Shown: positions 9,681-20,325 of the stretch, piece by piece
Numbering within the stretch: position 1 is the stretch's first letter
How the letters are laid out: each line of letters starts with the position of its first letter
Source: Nitrospirota bacterium
GTDB lineage: Bacteria; Nitrospirota; UBA9217
Length of the DNA stretch: 64,000 bases
Direction: 5' to 3'
Assembly: GCA_963741205.1 (NCBI GenBank)
Contig: CAVUHW010000020.1
Location: 96,001-160,000 of the forward strand
Position numbers and translations under genes: made by a program
The notes under the pieces: generated by a model
The model's database searches: none
Seen by the model: the letters and a program-made list of their open reading frames with translations, nothing else
Told to the model about the DNA's origin: nothing

Positions 9681-11059
9681 ATGATAATAACCTCAAAAAA
9701 GATGATCTTTGCCAGGCAAGGCGCTGAGGTTATCAATAAAGGCGCTGTGGCGATTAGAAAGGGATCATTCTCTCAATTGGGACCGCGGACAGCATAATCA
9801 ACAAATACCACGGACATCGTGTATACCATTTGGATAATGCGGTCCTCATGCCCGGGCTTGTCAACCTTCATACGCATCTAGAACTCCCTCCCCTCTTCGG
9901 CACTATTAAAGCAAGAACTTTTCCCGATTGGGTGTTGAACCTCATAAGAGCAAAGAAGGACTTGGTCGAGGACGATTATAAGGCTGCCGCAAAAAAGAAT
10001 ATAGAAACCCTGATTCGCACCGGGACAACGACTACCGGAGAAATATGTACCCATGGTGTCAGTCCTGTTTTACTCAAGCAACAAGGCCTCAGGGCCGTCG
10101 TGTACAAAGAAATCATCTCAATGTCAGGTCCGGGGGCAAATCCCGCCTTGCCCCATTTAGTCAGATTCCCCTCGTTCCCCCCATTTTCAAAAGGGGGATT
10201 AGTTCAAACCGGATTTTCTCCTCATACGCCTTATACGGTCTCCGAACCAGCATTGCGGGCAATCAATCAGCTCTCGAAGAACAAGAACATTCGCCTTGCC
10301 ATGCACATTGCGGAGTCGAAAGACGAGTTAAAACTCTTGCAAGGAAAAGAGACCGGCCTTGAGAGGCTTTATCAGTTTGCACAGTGGGACCTTTCGTGGG
10401 CGCCAACGGGGACCTCACCGTTCGAATATTTAAATTGCATCGGTTTTCTCTCCCCTAACCTTTTGGCAGTCCATGCCGTCCAGGTGACTGGAGAAGACAT
10501 CAGACTGATCAAAAAATCAAAAATATCCGTCGCGCATTGTCCGCGAAGCAACAAGGAACTCGGTGTCGGCAGGATGCCGCTAAAAAAATTCCTTGATGCA
10601 GGTATTACCGTCGGACTTGGCACCGACAGTCTGGCAAGTGTGCCAACCCTGAACATGTGGGACGAGATGCGGTACGCTTACCGCATACATCGAAGAGACG
10701 GGATTTCAGCGAAAGATATCTTCGAACTGGCGACCATTGGAGGAGCAAAAGCCCTCGGTCTGGATAAAGAGATCGGCACGCTCGAACCGGGGAAAAAAGC
10801 GGACATCATCGCCGTGCCTCTTCCGAAAAAAAATACCGGCGACCTCTATTCCGACTTGCTCAGGGAAACGAAATCCTGTATTATGAGCATGGTTAACGGG
10901 AAAATATTATTCAAAGAGGGTGCAAGGGCAAGGGTCAAGGCTAAGGATTTCTTATTCCGCAATCCGATTCCGCATTCCTTACTCAAACAGCATGTCCATC
11001 GAAAAAATCAAAGAAAAAGTCATATCCAACAAGCGTCTTACCCGAAAAGACGGGCTTGA
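9681..11059 (+). CDS. Amidohydrolase, probable aminodeoxyfutalosine deaminase
   Basis: HTH, PHTPY, HIAES, HCPRSN and GTDS metal motifs; directly upstream of mqnE-mqnC. Frameshift near 9765; 3' end uncertain because it runs into a short-repeat tract. Confidence 0.75.
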
Positions 11060-12066
11060 GCTTTTCAAGTCCAACGATCTCCTCGCGCTCGGGCGCATGG
11101 CCTCCCATGTCGCGCAGAAAAAGAACGGGAACCGCGTCTATTTCGTCCGGAACATGCACATCAATCCGACGAACATCTGCGTGAACCGATGCAAGTTCTG
11201 CGCGTTCAGCAGGAGCAAGGGCGAGCCCGGCGCGTACGAGATGAGCATCGAGGATATCCTGAACAAGGCGCGCAGCGCCGGAAAAGGCGTGCGGGAACTC
11301 CATATCGTCTCCGGTCTCCATCCCGGACCTGCCCTTTTCATGGTATATCGATATGCTGAGGGCGCTCAAAAAAGAATTCCCGAAGATGCATCTCAAGGCC
11401 TTTACCGCAGTCGAGATCGACTACCTTGCAAAGCTGTCCGGCCTGAACATTACCGATACGCTAATCAAACTCAAAGAAGCCGGGCTCGGTTCTCTCCCGG
11501 GCGGCGGCGCCGAGATCTTCAATACGGCGGTCAGAAACACCCTGTGCGCCGAGAAGATCAGCGGCGACCGCTGGCTCGAGGTGATCGAGGCCGCTCACAA
11601 GGTCGGGCTCAAATCGAACGCGACCATGCTTTACGGGCATATCGAAACCGCCGAGCACCGGGTCGATCATCTCATCAGGCTCCGCGACCTGCAGGATAAG
11701 ACAGGCGGTTTCCAGGCCTTCATTCCGCTCAGTTTCCATTCACAGAACACGGAGATCAAAAAATCCGCGTATACCACGGGGTTCGATGACCTCAAGACCC
11801 TCGCGATTTCCCGGCTCATGCTCGATAACTTCGATCACATCAAGGCCTACTGGGTCATGCTCGGGGAGAAGATCGCACAGGTATCGCTCAGCTTCGGCGT
11901 CGATGATCTGGACGGCACCGTGGTCGAGGAGCGGATTACAAAAGCGGCCGGCGGGACCACCGACGGCAGCATGACAAAAAATGACATCGTGCATCTCATT
12001 AAGCAGGCGGGACGATTCCTGTGGAACGAGATACCGTTATATAACGTTGTGAAGGTGTGGAAATAA
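10992..12066 (+). CDS. mqnE: Aminofutalosine synthase (radical SAM), frameshifted
   Basis: NPTNICVNRCKFCAF, GGGAEIF, NATMLYGH, HIKAYWV, DDLDGTV. Confidence 0.92.
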
Positions 12067-12074
12067 GCATGGTT

Positions 12075-12137
12075 GTCATTCCCGACGAAAGCGGGATCAG
12101 CGTTCTAAAGACACGGATTCCAGTAACCCGGAATGAC
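12075..12137. repeat. GTCATTCC...GGAATGAC double-hairpin REP-like element, family A
   Basis: gtcattcccgacgaaagcggga...ggattcc...cggaatgac; relatives at 14816, 21787, 28550 and 36201. Confidence 0.75.
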
Positions 12138-12166
12138 GTCCTATAGGGCTAGCGTTATCGTAAGAC

Positions 12167-13300
12167 ATGAACACAATTAAAAAAAATAATCACCAAGGTA
12201 TCAAAGGCCAAACGCATTGATGCCGACGAAGGCCTTGCCCTTGTTCAGACAGGCCGACCTCCTCACCTTCGGGGAACTCGCGAACAGCGTGCGGAAGAGG
12301 CTCCACCCCGAGCGGCTCGTGACCTTCGTCGTGGACCGCAATATCAATTACACCAATATCTGCGTGAATAAATGCGCCTTCTGCGCCTTCTACCGCGATG
12401 CGGACAGCCCCGAGGCCTATATCCTGACCAAGGAAGAAATATTCAAAAAGATCGAAGAGACGATTGCCCAGGGCGGCACGCAGATACTCATGCAGGGCGG
12501 CGTGCATCCCGATCTCGGGATAGAATATTTCGAAGATCTCTTTTCCTCCATTAAATCCCGATTCACCATCCAGATCCATTCGCTTTCTCCGGCGGAAATC
12601 ACCTTTCTGGCGGAAAAAAGCGAATATCAGCCTCATGGATACGCTCAAACGCCTGAGAGCGTCGGGGCTCGATTCCATTCCCGGCGGCGGCGCGGAGATC
12701 CTCGTCGACCGGGTGAGAAAAAAGGTCAGCCCGAACAAGATACGCTGGCGGCAGTGGGCCGACGTGATGAAGGCGGCGCACCAACTCGGCATGCCGTCTA
12801 CCGCGACCATGATGTTCGGAAGCGTCGAGACGGACAAGGAGATTGTCGAGCATCTCGTCAGGCTCAGGGACATCCAGGATGAGACCGGAGGTTTTACCGC
12901 TTTCATCCCCTGGACCTATCAACCGGGCAATACGAAGCTCGGAGGCAGATCGGCAACTGCCGTCGAATATCTAAAGGTCCTTGCCCTTTCACGCATCATG
13001 CTCGACAATTTTGAAAATATTCAGGCATCATGGGTGACACAGGGAGCGAAAATCGCCCAGGTTGCTCTCGAATTCGGAGCAAACGACTTCGGCAGCACGA
13101 TGATAGAAGAAAATGTCGTCGCCGCAGCGGGAGTGACATTCAGAATGACGAAGCAGGAGATCATTAATTTGATAAAAGATGCAGGTTACTGCCCGGCCCA
13201 GCGGGATACAACGTATCATATTCTGAAGAAAGAAGACCTAAAGTTAGAAAATGCGTTTGGAAAAAATGTGACTATCGGGAAAATGACTAGAGCAGAATGA
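12167..13300 (+). CDS. mqnC: Cyclic dehypoxanthine futalosine synthase (radical SAM), frameshifted
   Basis: DRNINYTNICVNKCAFCAF, QGGVHP, TATMMFG, NIQASWVTQG, GANDFGSTMIEENVV. Confidence 0.93.
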
Positions 13301-13309
13301 ACTGGTAGA

Positions 13310-13519
13310 GATTACAATTGAGAATGATTTTATTTTCGAAAACAATAAAAAAATGGTGAATAACTTTTAATAACTAGGGCTTATCTGAACTTTTCACAAA
13401 AGCTGTGGACAAGATGTTATTAACTCTGTGAATATCTTTTTTTTAATCGCTTCCTTCGCATAAAATGTGTAAATTGCCTAATAAATAGGCATTTTTATTC
13501 CAATTAAATCAATTAGTTA
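13310..13519. other. AT-rich DnaA-box/IHF cluster (oriC-, datA- or DARS-like)
   Basis: Five one-mismatch TTWTNCACA boxes (13355, 13390, 13404, 13427, 13466); palindrome TGCCTA-N5-TAGGCA at 13475; IHF consensus AATCAATTAGTTA at 13507. Confidence 0.55.
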
Positions 13520-14785
13520 TAATTGCATGGCAAAATTTACGTCTTTTTTCACGTCGGTAATCCTTATTGTAATTTTCTCCCCAATCTGATCCTTTCCACC
13601 ATTGTTTATCTGCACTCTAATGTAATTATCCGTGAGTCCTGAAAGCATGCCCGTTTGTGGATCTACCTTATCTTCGACCACCACTTGAAGATTAACACCT
13701 TGCTGTTTTTTTCTGAATGCATAGTTTTTTTCTTTCCCCAAACTTCGAAGCGCTTCACTCCGTTCTTTTTTAGTTGTTTCGGGAACCTGTTCCTTCATTG
13801 AAGCTGCAGCAGTTCCTGGACGCGGTGAATAGCTGAACACGTGGAGATGAGTCAGCGGGGCTGATTCCACGAGACGCATGGTATTTCTAAATTCAGATTC
13901 ACCTTCTCCGGGGTATCCGACCATCACATCCGCGCCGAGAGCGACTCCGGGAACCTCCTGGGCGATTTGTTCAAGCAGCTTATGATAGAAGGCGGCAGTA
14001 TAATTTCTCTTCATCGACGACAATATTGCATCATCTCCACTCTGGAGCGGTATGTGCAGATGCCTGCAAACGCCGTTGCCGAGCAAACGAATGATCCCTT
14101 CTGTGATTTCGCGCGGCTCAATTGAACTCAGACGGATCCTCGAGCAAACTCTCCTCTCGGATAGCGTCGTGAGCATGTCCGTTAAGCTGATACGCTCGGC
14201 AAGCTCGTCGCCATAGGTCCCAATATGAATACCGGTGAGTACGATCTCGGGGCAACCGTCCTTCACGAGGCTGTCGAATTCCTTTGTCACCGCCGAAGGC
14301 GAGACGCTGCGCGACCCGCCGCGGGCCAGGGGAACGATGCAATAGGAACAGCGGTTATTGCATCCGTCCTGTATCTTAAGAAACGCCCTCGTTCTTCCCC
14401 GCACTGCCCTTGCCGGAACAAAATCCCGATACTGCTCCCGCGCCGCAGTTGCCGGTAGCATGAGGTGATGAACGATATTCGACTTTTCGCGATTTCCGAT
14501 AACGAGGTTCACGCCGGGAATGTTCCGGATGTCATCAGGCCTGGTCTCTGCGTAACAGCCGGTCACCACGACCTTTGCCCCCTGCCCTCTGCGGACCGCG
14601 GACCTGATCGTCTGACGGCATTGCATATCACTTTTTGCGGTAACTGAACAGGTATTGATAATGTAGACATCCGCCTCTTGGTCAAAGGCGACGACGGTGT
14701 TCCCCCGGGCAGTCAGGTCCTGTCTCAGGAGGTCCGTTTCATACTGGTTGATTTTGCATCCGAGGGTCGCAAAGGCTATTCGCAA
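13517..14785 (-). CDS. mtaB: tRNA t6A37 methylthiotransferase
   Basis: TLGCKINQYE, INTCSVT, KIQDGCNNRCSYC, RLSSIEP, HLHVFSYS. Confidence 0.93.
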   Translation of the reverse strand: MRIAFATLGCKINQYETDLLRQDLTARGNTVVAFDQEADVYIINTCSVTAKSDMQCRQTIRSAVRRGQGAKVVVTGCYAETRPDDIRNIPGVNLVIGNREKSNIVHHLMLPATAAREQYRDFVPARAVRGRTRAFLKIQDGCNNRCSYCIVPLARGGSRSVSPSAVTKEFDSLVKDGCPEIVLTGIHIGTYGDELAERISLTDMLTTLSERRVCSRIRLSSIEPREITEGIIRLLGNGVCRHLHIPLQSGDDAILSSMKRNYTAAFYHKLLEQIAQEVPGVALGADVMVGYPGEGESEFRNTMRLVESAPLTHLHVFSYSPRPGTAAASMKEQVPETTKKERSEALRSLGKEKNYAFRKKQQGVNLQVVVEDKVDPQTGMLSGLTDNYIRVQINNGGKDQIGEKITIRITDVKKDVNFAMQL

Positions 14786-14815
14786 GGTCGCTATGCTCCA
14801 GGGGAATTTTTAATT

Positions 14816-14910
14816 GTCCTTCCGGCACGGTTCTAGCCGGAATCCAGCGACTTTGATTATCATGTTATTTGGCGAAACCTGGATTCCCGATAGATGCATT
14901 CGGGAATGAC
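14816..14910. repeat. Family A REP-like element
   Basis: gtccttccggc...gccggaatccag...ctggattcccga...tcgggaatgac. Confidence 0.8.
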
Positions 14911-14940
14911 AAAAAAGTGCGCTGTTGCGATACGGACTCG

Positions 14941-16250
14941 TCAAATGATAATTCCCGTGAGAGAGTTCACCCCTGCGGAAGCGATCTTCACGGTGACGGT
15001 CGAGCCGATAAGGGACGGGGAAGCCGTGACGTTCACCGCCTTGTTGCCCCTGGTCCTCCCGGTGATCATTCCGCCTTTCTTGCTGGAACCGTCGAGGAGG
15101 ACCTCCTGGATGGTGCCTATCAAGTCGCGGTTCTTTTGAACGGAAATCTTCTTCTGGAGCGCCAGGACCTGCTCCAGCCTCTTTTCCTTGATATCTTCAG
15201 GCAGATGACCGGAAAGCTTAAGGGCAGCGGTCCCCGGTCTCTTTGAATATTTAAACGCAAAGATACCGTCATAACGCACCTGGTCAAGGAGCTGCACCGT
15301 CAGCTCGAAATCCTTGTCCGATTCTCCGGGAAAGCCGACGATGATGTCGGTGGTGAGCGTAATATCGGGAACGGCCTCTCGAAGCCTCTCCACCTTTTCG
15401 AGATAGTCCTGACGGCTGTATCTCCTGTTCATGGACGCGAGGACCCGGTCGGAACCGCTCTGGACCGGCAGGTGGAGCGACTCGCAGACTTTCGGGAGCT
15501 CGCGGACCGCCGTGATCAGCCTGTCGGAGAGGTCCCGGGGATGGGACGTCACGAACCGGATTCGATCGATTCCTTGGAACATCGTTCACCCTCGCCGAGG
15601 AGCGCGGGAAAATCCACACCGTCCGTTCGTCCTTTACCGTATGAGTTGACGTTCTGTCCCAAAAGGGTCACTTCCTTATACCCAAGTCCTGCCAGATCAC
15701 GGACCTCTTGAACGATGTCCTCCGGCCTGCGTGAACGCTCCCTGCCCCTCAGGTACGGCACGACGCAGTAGGTGCAGAAATTGTCGCAGCCGTACATGAT
15801 GGAGACCCAGGCCTTGAGCTTGTCTGTGCGGGCAGCGGGAAGCTGTTTTTGATGATAGTCGGGATCGCCCGCGGTGTCGACGAGAGGCGCGCGGAGGGAT
15901 TTCTTCTTCTCTATCAGAGCTGGAATACGCCCGAGGTCCGAAGGCCCGAAGATCATATCGACGTAGGGCGCACGGGAGAGGATAGCCGCGCCTTCCTGCT
16001 GGGCAATGCACCCGGCAACGGCTATGATCAGGCCCGGATTCTTCACCTTGAGGTCCTTCAATCTGCCCAGTTCGCTGAAAAACTTCTGTTCGGCCTTTTC
16101 CCGGATGCTGCACGTATTCAGAATGACCATGTCCGCCCCCTCGGCGCCGGCCGAAGGCGCGCAGCCGCCTGCGTCAAGAATGCCTGCCATGCGCTCGGAA
16201 TCGTGCTCGTTCATCTGGCAGCCGAAGGTAATGATATGATACGATTTCAA
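14941..16250 (-). CDS. miaB: tRNA i6A37 methylthiotransferase (frameshift near 15590)
   Basis: TFGCQMNEHDSE, NTCSIREKAE, GCDNFCTYCVVP, FVTSHPRD; TRAM domain. Confidence 0.95.
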
Positions 16251-16272
16251 CTGAAAACGCCTTTCTCCAAAA

Positions 16273-16314
16273 CTCCTCCCCCTCGATGGGGGAGGAATTC
16301 AAAGGTGGGGGTGA
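16273..16314. repeat. CCCTCCCC-loop-GGGGGAGG...GGTGGGGGTGA hairpin element, family C
   Basis: ctcctccccctcgatgggggaggaattcaaaggtgggggtga; related to the in-frame insert in recG. Confidence 0.65.
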
Positions 16315-16469
16315 TGGTTGAGAGGCCGACAAACGTCGATGTTCATTTCCCGTGGTAAACGCAGTTCATAGACGATTCACGGAAGGAATATTATAATACG
16401 CAGGGGATTTTGAAACAAGGGATATATTTCGAAAAGAAAAGGGGGCGCAGGTAGCGCTGCGCGGAGGTG

Positions 16470-17273
16470 TTATCGGGCGACACTCAGCCGGACGACTTCT
16501 CCACGTTTCACGGACAGGGCGGTTCGGGCGTTCTGTTTGAACAGGAATATTTCAAGGGCACCGGAGCTGTTGAAAATCGCTCCCGGCTCGCCGGGGGTCG
16601 CCTCGGCATAGTATTTTTTGAAGCCCTTTATCTCCCTCCCGGCGATCGTAACGCTGGCGGAACCCGCATCGGTCCCTCCGGCGAGGAGCGGCTGAACGTC
16701 CTTGTACAGAATATCCGTAATGATATTCCCAAAGCGGTCGATGTGGATGACACGTCCTTCAATGCCGCCCGCCGTCACTTTCAGGACGGGCACATTGAGC
16801 TTCGCGAAGTCCGTAATTTCCTCTCCGAAATGGCCCGAGGGAATGCCCTTGGCAATCCATCCCGCGACGGGAGCGAAGATGTCCCTGCCGTGGAACGTGG
16901 GGCCCGGGTTGGGAAGAAAGTAATGGGTCGAGGTGATATGATGCACCCGCAGGCGCTCGGCATCGTTGTAGACGAGACTGAAGATCCCGTTGTCGGGACC
17001 GACGAAATAATAACTTTCCGTCACGGCAATAATCGGTCTCCTGCCGCTTCCGACGCCGGGATCGACGACGGCGAGGTGAATCGTCCCCTTCGGGAAATGA
17101 CTATAGGCGGACTTTAAAACATATGCGGCTTCCCATACGTCCTGCGGAGTGATTTCATTGGATATGTCGATGATTTGAGCTTGCGGATTGATCTTGAGGA
17201 TTACCCCTTTGACGCTTGCGGTAAATGAATCTTTCGCCCCGTAATCGGTTGTCAGCGTTATAATGACGGGCAT
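16470..17273 (-). CDS. SAM hydrolase / SAM-dependent halogenase family (DUF62)
   Basis: TLTTDYG, VVDPGVGSGRR, GPDNG, TFHGRDIFAP, IDRFGN. Confidence 0.92.
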   Translation of the reverse strand: MPVIITLTTDYGAKDSFTASVKGVILKINPQAQIIDISNEITPQDVWEAAYVLKSAYSHFPKGTIHLAVVDPGVGSGRRPIIAVTESYYFVGPDNGIFSLVYNDAERLRVHHITSTHYFLPNPGPTFHGRDIFAPVAGWIAKGIPSGHFGEEITDFAKLNVPVLKVTAGGIEGRVIHIDRFGNIITDILYKDVQPLLAGGTDAGSASVTIAGREIKGFKKYYAEATPGEPGAIFNSSGALEIFLFKQNARTALSVKRGEVVRLSVAR

Positions 17274-17415
17274 CCATCCCCCAGAATGACTTACATGGTA
17301 AAAACTGCAGGAATAATATCAGCCCCTGTCCGCTTTGTCAACTTATTAAGGGTTTCGATGCACAAACGACAGAGCGCCTCGAGCATCGGGATCCATGGCA
17401 GGCATTCATCCCTTC

Positions 17416-18728
17416 TCAATATGAATACGCCGTCGAGATCGTGATCATCCACCCCCGGATATCGGCGGTCTGAATCGAAGTGTTGTCGCGGATGATCTGG
17501 GCTTGGCCCTTCCCATAGGTCAGACCGCCGCCAAGGGTCACGGACGTGTTCCTCGTAAAGTGGCTTAAGCTCGCCGTAAGACCGTAAATGTCAATGTGTT
17601 CAGGCTGATTGACGCCGCCCTCGATGAGTTTCGGCGTGTTGGAAAAATCCGTATAGAAGCCTGCCCTCGTGGCCCAGTATTTGTTTAAATAGTACTCGGC
17701 GCCGAGAGCTATGTTCAGGACGTCTGCGAAGGGTTCAGACTTTTTTTTGAACATTACGATGTCACTGGCGCTGTTTGTCGGTGAAGTACTTGAAGTCGGC
17801 GGACAGCAAGAGACTCGATGACGGGAACCATGCAACCCCCAGGCTGATCTGCTTCGGCATCGTGCGCTTGGCGTTCGAGGTGGACGGTCCGTCAGGCAAG
17901 TCTCGGACCAAGGCGCCTGTGGGGTTATCTTTATCAGCTATGTTTACCCGCGTGTCGCTCGAATGGAAACTGGTATCGGACTGAATAATAAAAACCTTCG
18001 AAAGCGCAAGACCGATCGAAACATTGTCTTCCGGCGACCACATGAACCCCAGAATAGGCCGTACGCCCCATTCCGTGGAGTGGAAATAATCCGTCGTTTG
18101 TTCAGAGCCGCCAGTTGCTCGTCTTGATGATCTGGTTCAGAATGCGCAGGGTCTTCCGCTCGTAATAGTACAGCGTGAGTCCTGCGGAGATCTTGTCAGT
18201 CAGTTCCTTCGCCATTGACGGCCCGATGTTGTAGGTATTGTTCTCGTCGTTAAAATTGATAAGATACGAAGTGATCGTGACGCCGGGGTTGAACGGCTGC
18301 AGGGCGGAGCTCAGTTGCAGATTATGGAATGTCTGTTCCTGGTCCGTCGTGGTTGAATCGGGCAAGGCATAGGAAAATCCGACCTTGTAGTCTCCCAGGG
18401 GCATGATCACACCGAAATAGTTCGGTAGTACGGCTGACGATCTTCGTATCCAACCGTTGCCGCCGATTACGTCCCGGTAAGTTTTTTTTGAGTAATTGTA
18501 CCCGTTGACGCTCGCCGACAGGTTCCTTTCGGCCGTATAGGCGATTCCCGCGGGGTTGTAGGCGAGCCCCGTTGCATCATCGGAAACGGCGGTATAGGCG
18601 CCTCCCATACCCGATGCCCGGTCTCCGACGAGAATATTTGTGTAGTGAAAATCATCGGCCAGGGCGGCTGTAGCGCTGAATGCGCCCATACCCAGAAGCA
18701 GAACCAAACCCCATGCTCTTCGAACCAT
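17416..18728 (-). CDS. Outer-membrane beta-barrel, FadL/OMPP1-like (2 frameshifts)
   Basis: Signal peptide; GDRASGMGGAYTAVSDDATGLAYNPAG hatch motif; terminal aromatic strand (TAYSY). Confidence 0.8.
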
Positions 18729-18758
18729 GCTCTCCCCCTGCCGGCATCGCCCACGCGG

Positions 18759-19610
18759 TTATTGTGTCATGGCTTTCATGTTTTCGGTAAACCGGTTCTC
18801 GTACATCCTGTAATCGCCCGAGTCAAGCCCTTCCCGAACAATGGCGGCCTTGAGCCAGTCGATTCTGTCCTCCGCCGCGGGATGCGTTTTGTCGAACGTT
18901 TCAGTCTGTTTGCCCTTGAGTTCGCCGACCCGCTTAACGAACCGCATCAGCCCGTCCGGGTCGTATCCGGCCATAGCGCAGAAAAGGAGCGCGTCCTTGT
19001 CGGCCCGTATCTCGTCCTGCCGTTTGTAGCCGTCCTTGAGGAGAATATTCATCGCCTTGTCCACGGCCTTTCTAAAGGCGACCCGCGCGGGATCAGAACC
19101 ACCGCCGATGACCTCATGCAGACTGGAGGCAGCCGCGCTTTCGATACCGTGGATCTTGAGTTCCGTGACCGCATGTTTCTCGGAGATATGCCCCAATTCA
19201 TGAGCGAGTACTCCGGCAAGTTCGGCCTCATCCCGCATCGCCCGCAGGGCCCCCTGCGTTATAAAAACATAGCCGCCGGGAGCGGCAAAGGCGTTGATCT
19301 CATCGCTTTTTAAAACCGCAAAGTAGAATTCAAGCTCCGGTCGATTGGTGACTTGTGCGAGCGCGTGGCCGACGAGATTAACGTATTCCATGATCTGAAG
19401 GTTGTCGTACAACCCATACCGGCCGATGACCCTTGCCGCAACTTCCCTCCCGAACTGGATCTCTTCGGTAAGGTCCGACATTGCCACGGTATCGTACTCG
19501 GACGATATCCTCTTGTGCCGAGTCTCTTCCGAGTGAAAAGCTGGCACGGTCGCGGGGCAGGCAATGAAGAGCGCGAGCAAGACACCAGTCGTAATGGCCG
19601 TCGATTTCAT
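18759..19610 (-). CDS. Secreted M48 zinc metalloprotease
   Basis: INAFAAPGG, LAHELGH (HExxH), EIRAD, THP. Confidence 0.9.
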   Translation of the reverse strand: MKSTAITTGVLLALFIACPATVPAFHSEETRHKRISSEYDTVAMSDLTEEIQFGREVAARVIGRYGLYDNLQIMEYVNLVGHALAQVTNRPELEFYFAVLKSDEINAFAAPGGYVFITQGALRAMRDEAELAGVLAHELGHISEKHAVTELKIHGIESAAASSLHEVIGGGSDPARVAFRKAVDKAMNILLKDGYKRQDEIRADKDALLFCAMAGYDPDGLMRFVKRVGELKGKQTETFDKTHPAAEDRIDWLKAAIVREGLDSGDYRMYENRFTENMKAMTQ

Positions 19611-19612
19611 GA

Positions 19613-20077
19613 CTACCTTCCCTCCATGAACCGCTTGACCTCACGGGAGCTCATCGTGAACAACTCGATCTTTTCCAGGGATTCATAGTCAGCCTGTTTA
19701 TCGCGGTCCGGCCCTTTCCGGCTATCTGTGGACAGAGCGGATATTTCTGAGGCGCGTCGGCGAAAGCCGGTCCTCATTTCCTGCGCGTCACCCGTGAAGA
19801 CCGTTGCCTCATTGAGCGGCGGATGCGTTAAAAGCACGAGGGAAGGAACATAGCCATCCTGATTGTTATACGTTACTTTCGTCCATTCGCCGTCATTCCC
19901 CGATGAGAGGAATTTATAACCTCTGCCGACCTCTCCTAGAACCGTGGACTTGAACGTGGCCCCGGACATCACCTTTACCGTGGCGCTCTGGACGTAGTAC
20001 GCAGTCTCGGCATACACGGTTTGTGGAGGGGAAATTACAGCCAGGATAAATGCCAGCAACACAATCGTCTTTTGCAT
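19613..20077 (-). CDS. Secreted bacterial SH3-domain protein
   Basis: Signal peptide; SH3b-like pattern (GEWTKVTYNNQDGYVP); RRRAS segment. Confidence 0.7.
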   Translation of the reverse strand: MQKTIVLLAFILAVISPPQTVYAETAYYVQSATVKVMSGATFKSTVLGEVGRGYKFLSSGNDGEWTKVTYNNQDGYVPSLVLLTHPPLNEATVFTGDAQEMRTGFRRRASEISALSTDSRKGPDRDKQADYESLEKIELFTMSSREVKRFMEGR

Positions 20078-20325
20078 AGAACACCTCCCGATTGAACACG
20101 CCGGGCAAGGATTGAAATAACGATTTCCCTGGTCATGGCGCTATCTTTCGGTACTCACAAATTCTACTCGAAACCGTCATATCTGTAAAGGGGATAGCGC
20201 CGCAGCACCACGACGACGGGCCGTCTCCGTTCGTATTCAAAGCAACCGGCCATCATTTCGGTGTATCGCATCGTCCGCCCGCAGCTGTCATACAGCTTGA
20301 GTTGACATCTTCCCGTCGAATGGGG

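Noticed and set aside
13453-13480. dif site (CCTTCGCATAA resembles a XerC arm)
   Set aside because: No XerD arm (TTATGTTAAAT) at the required 6-bp spacing.
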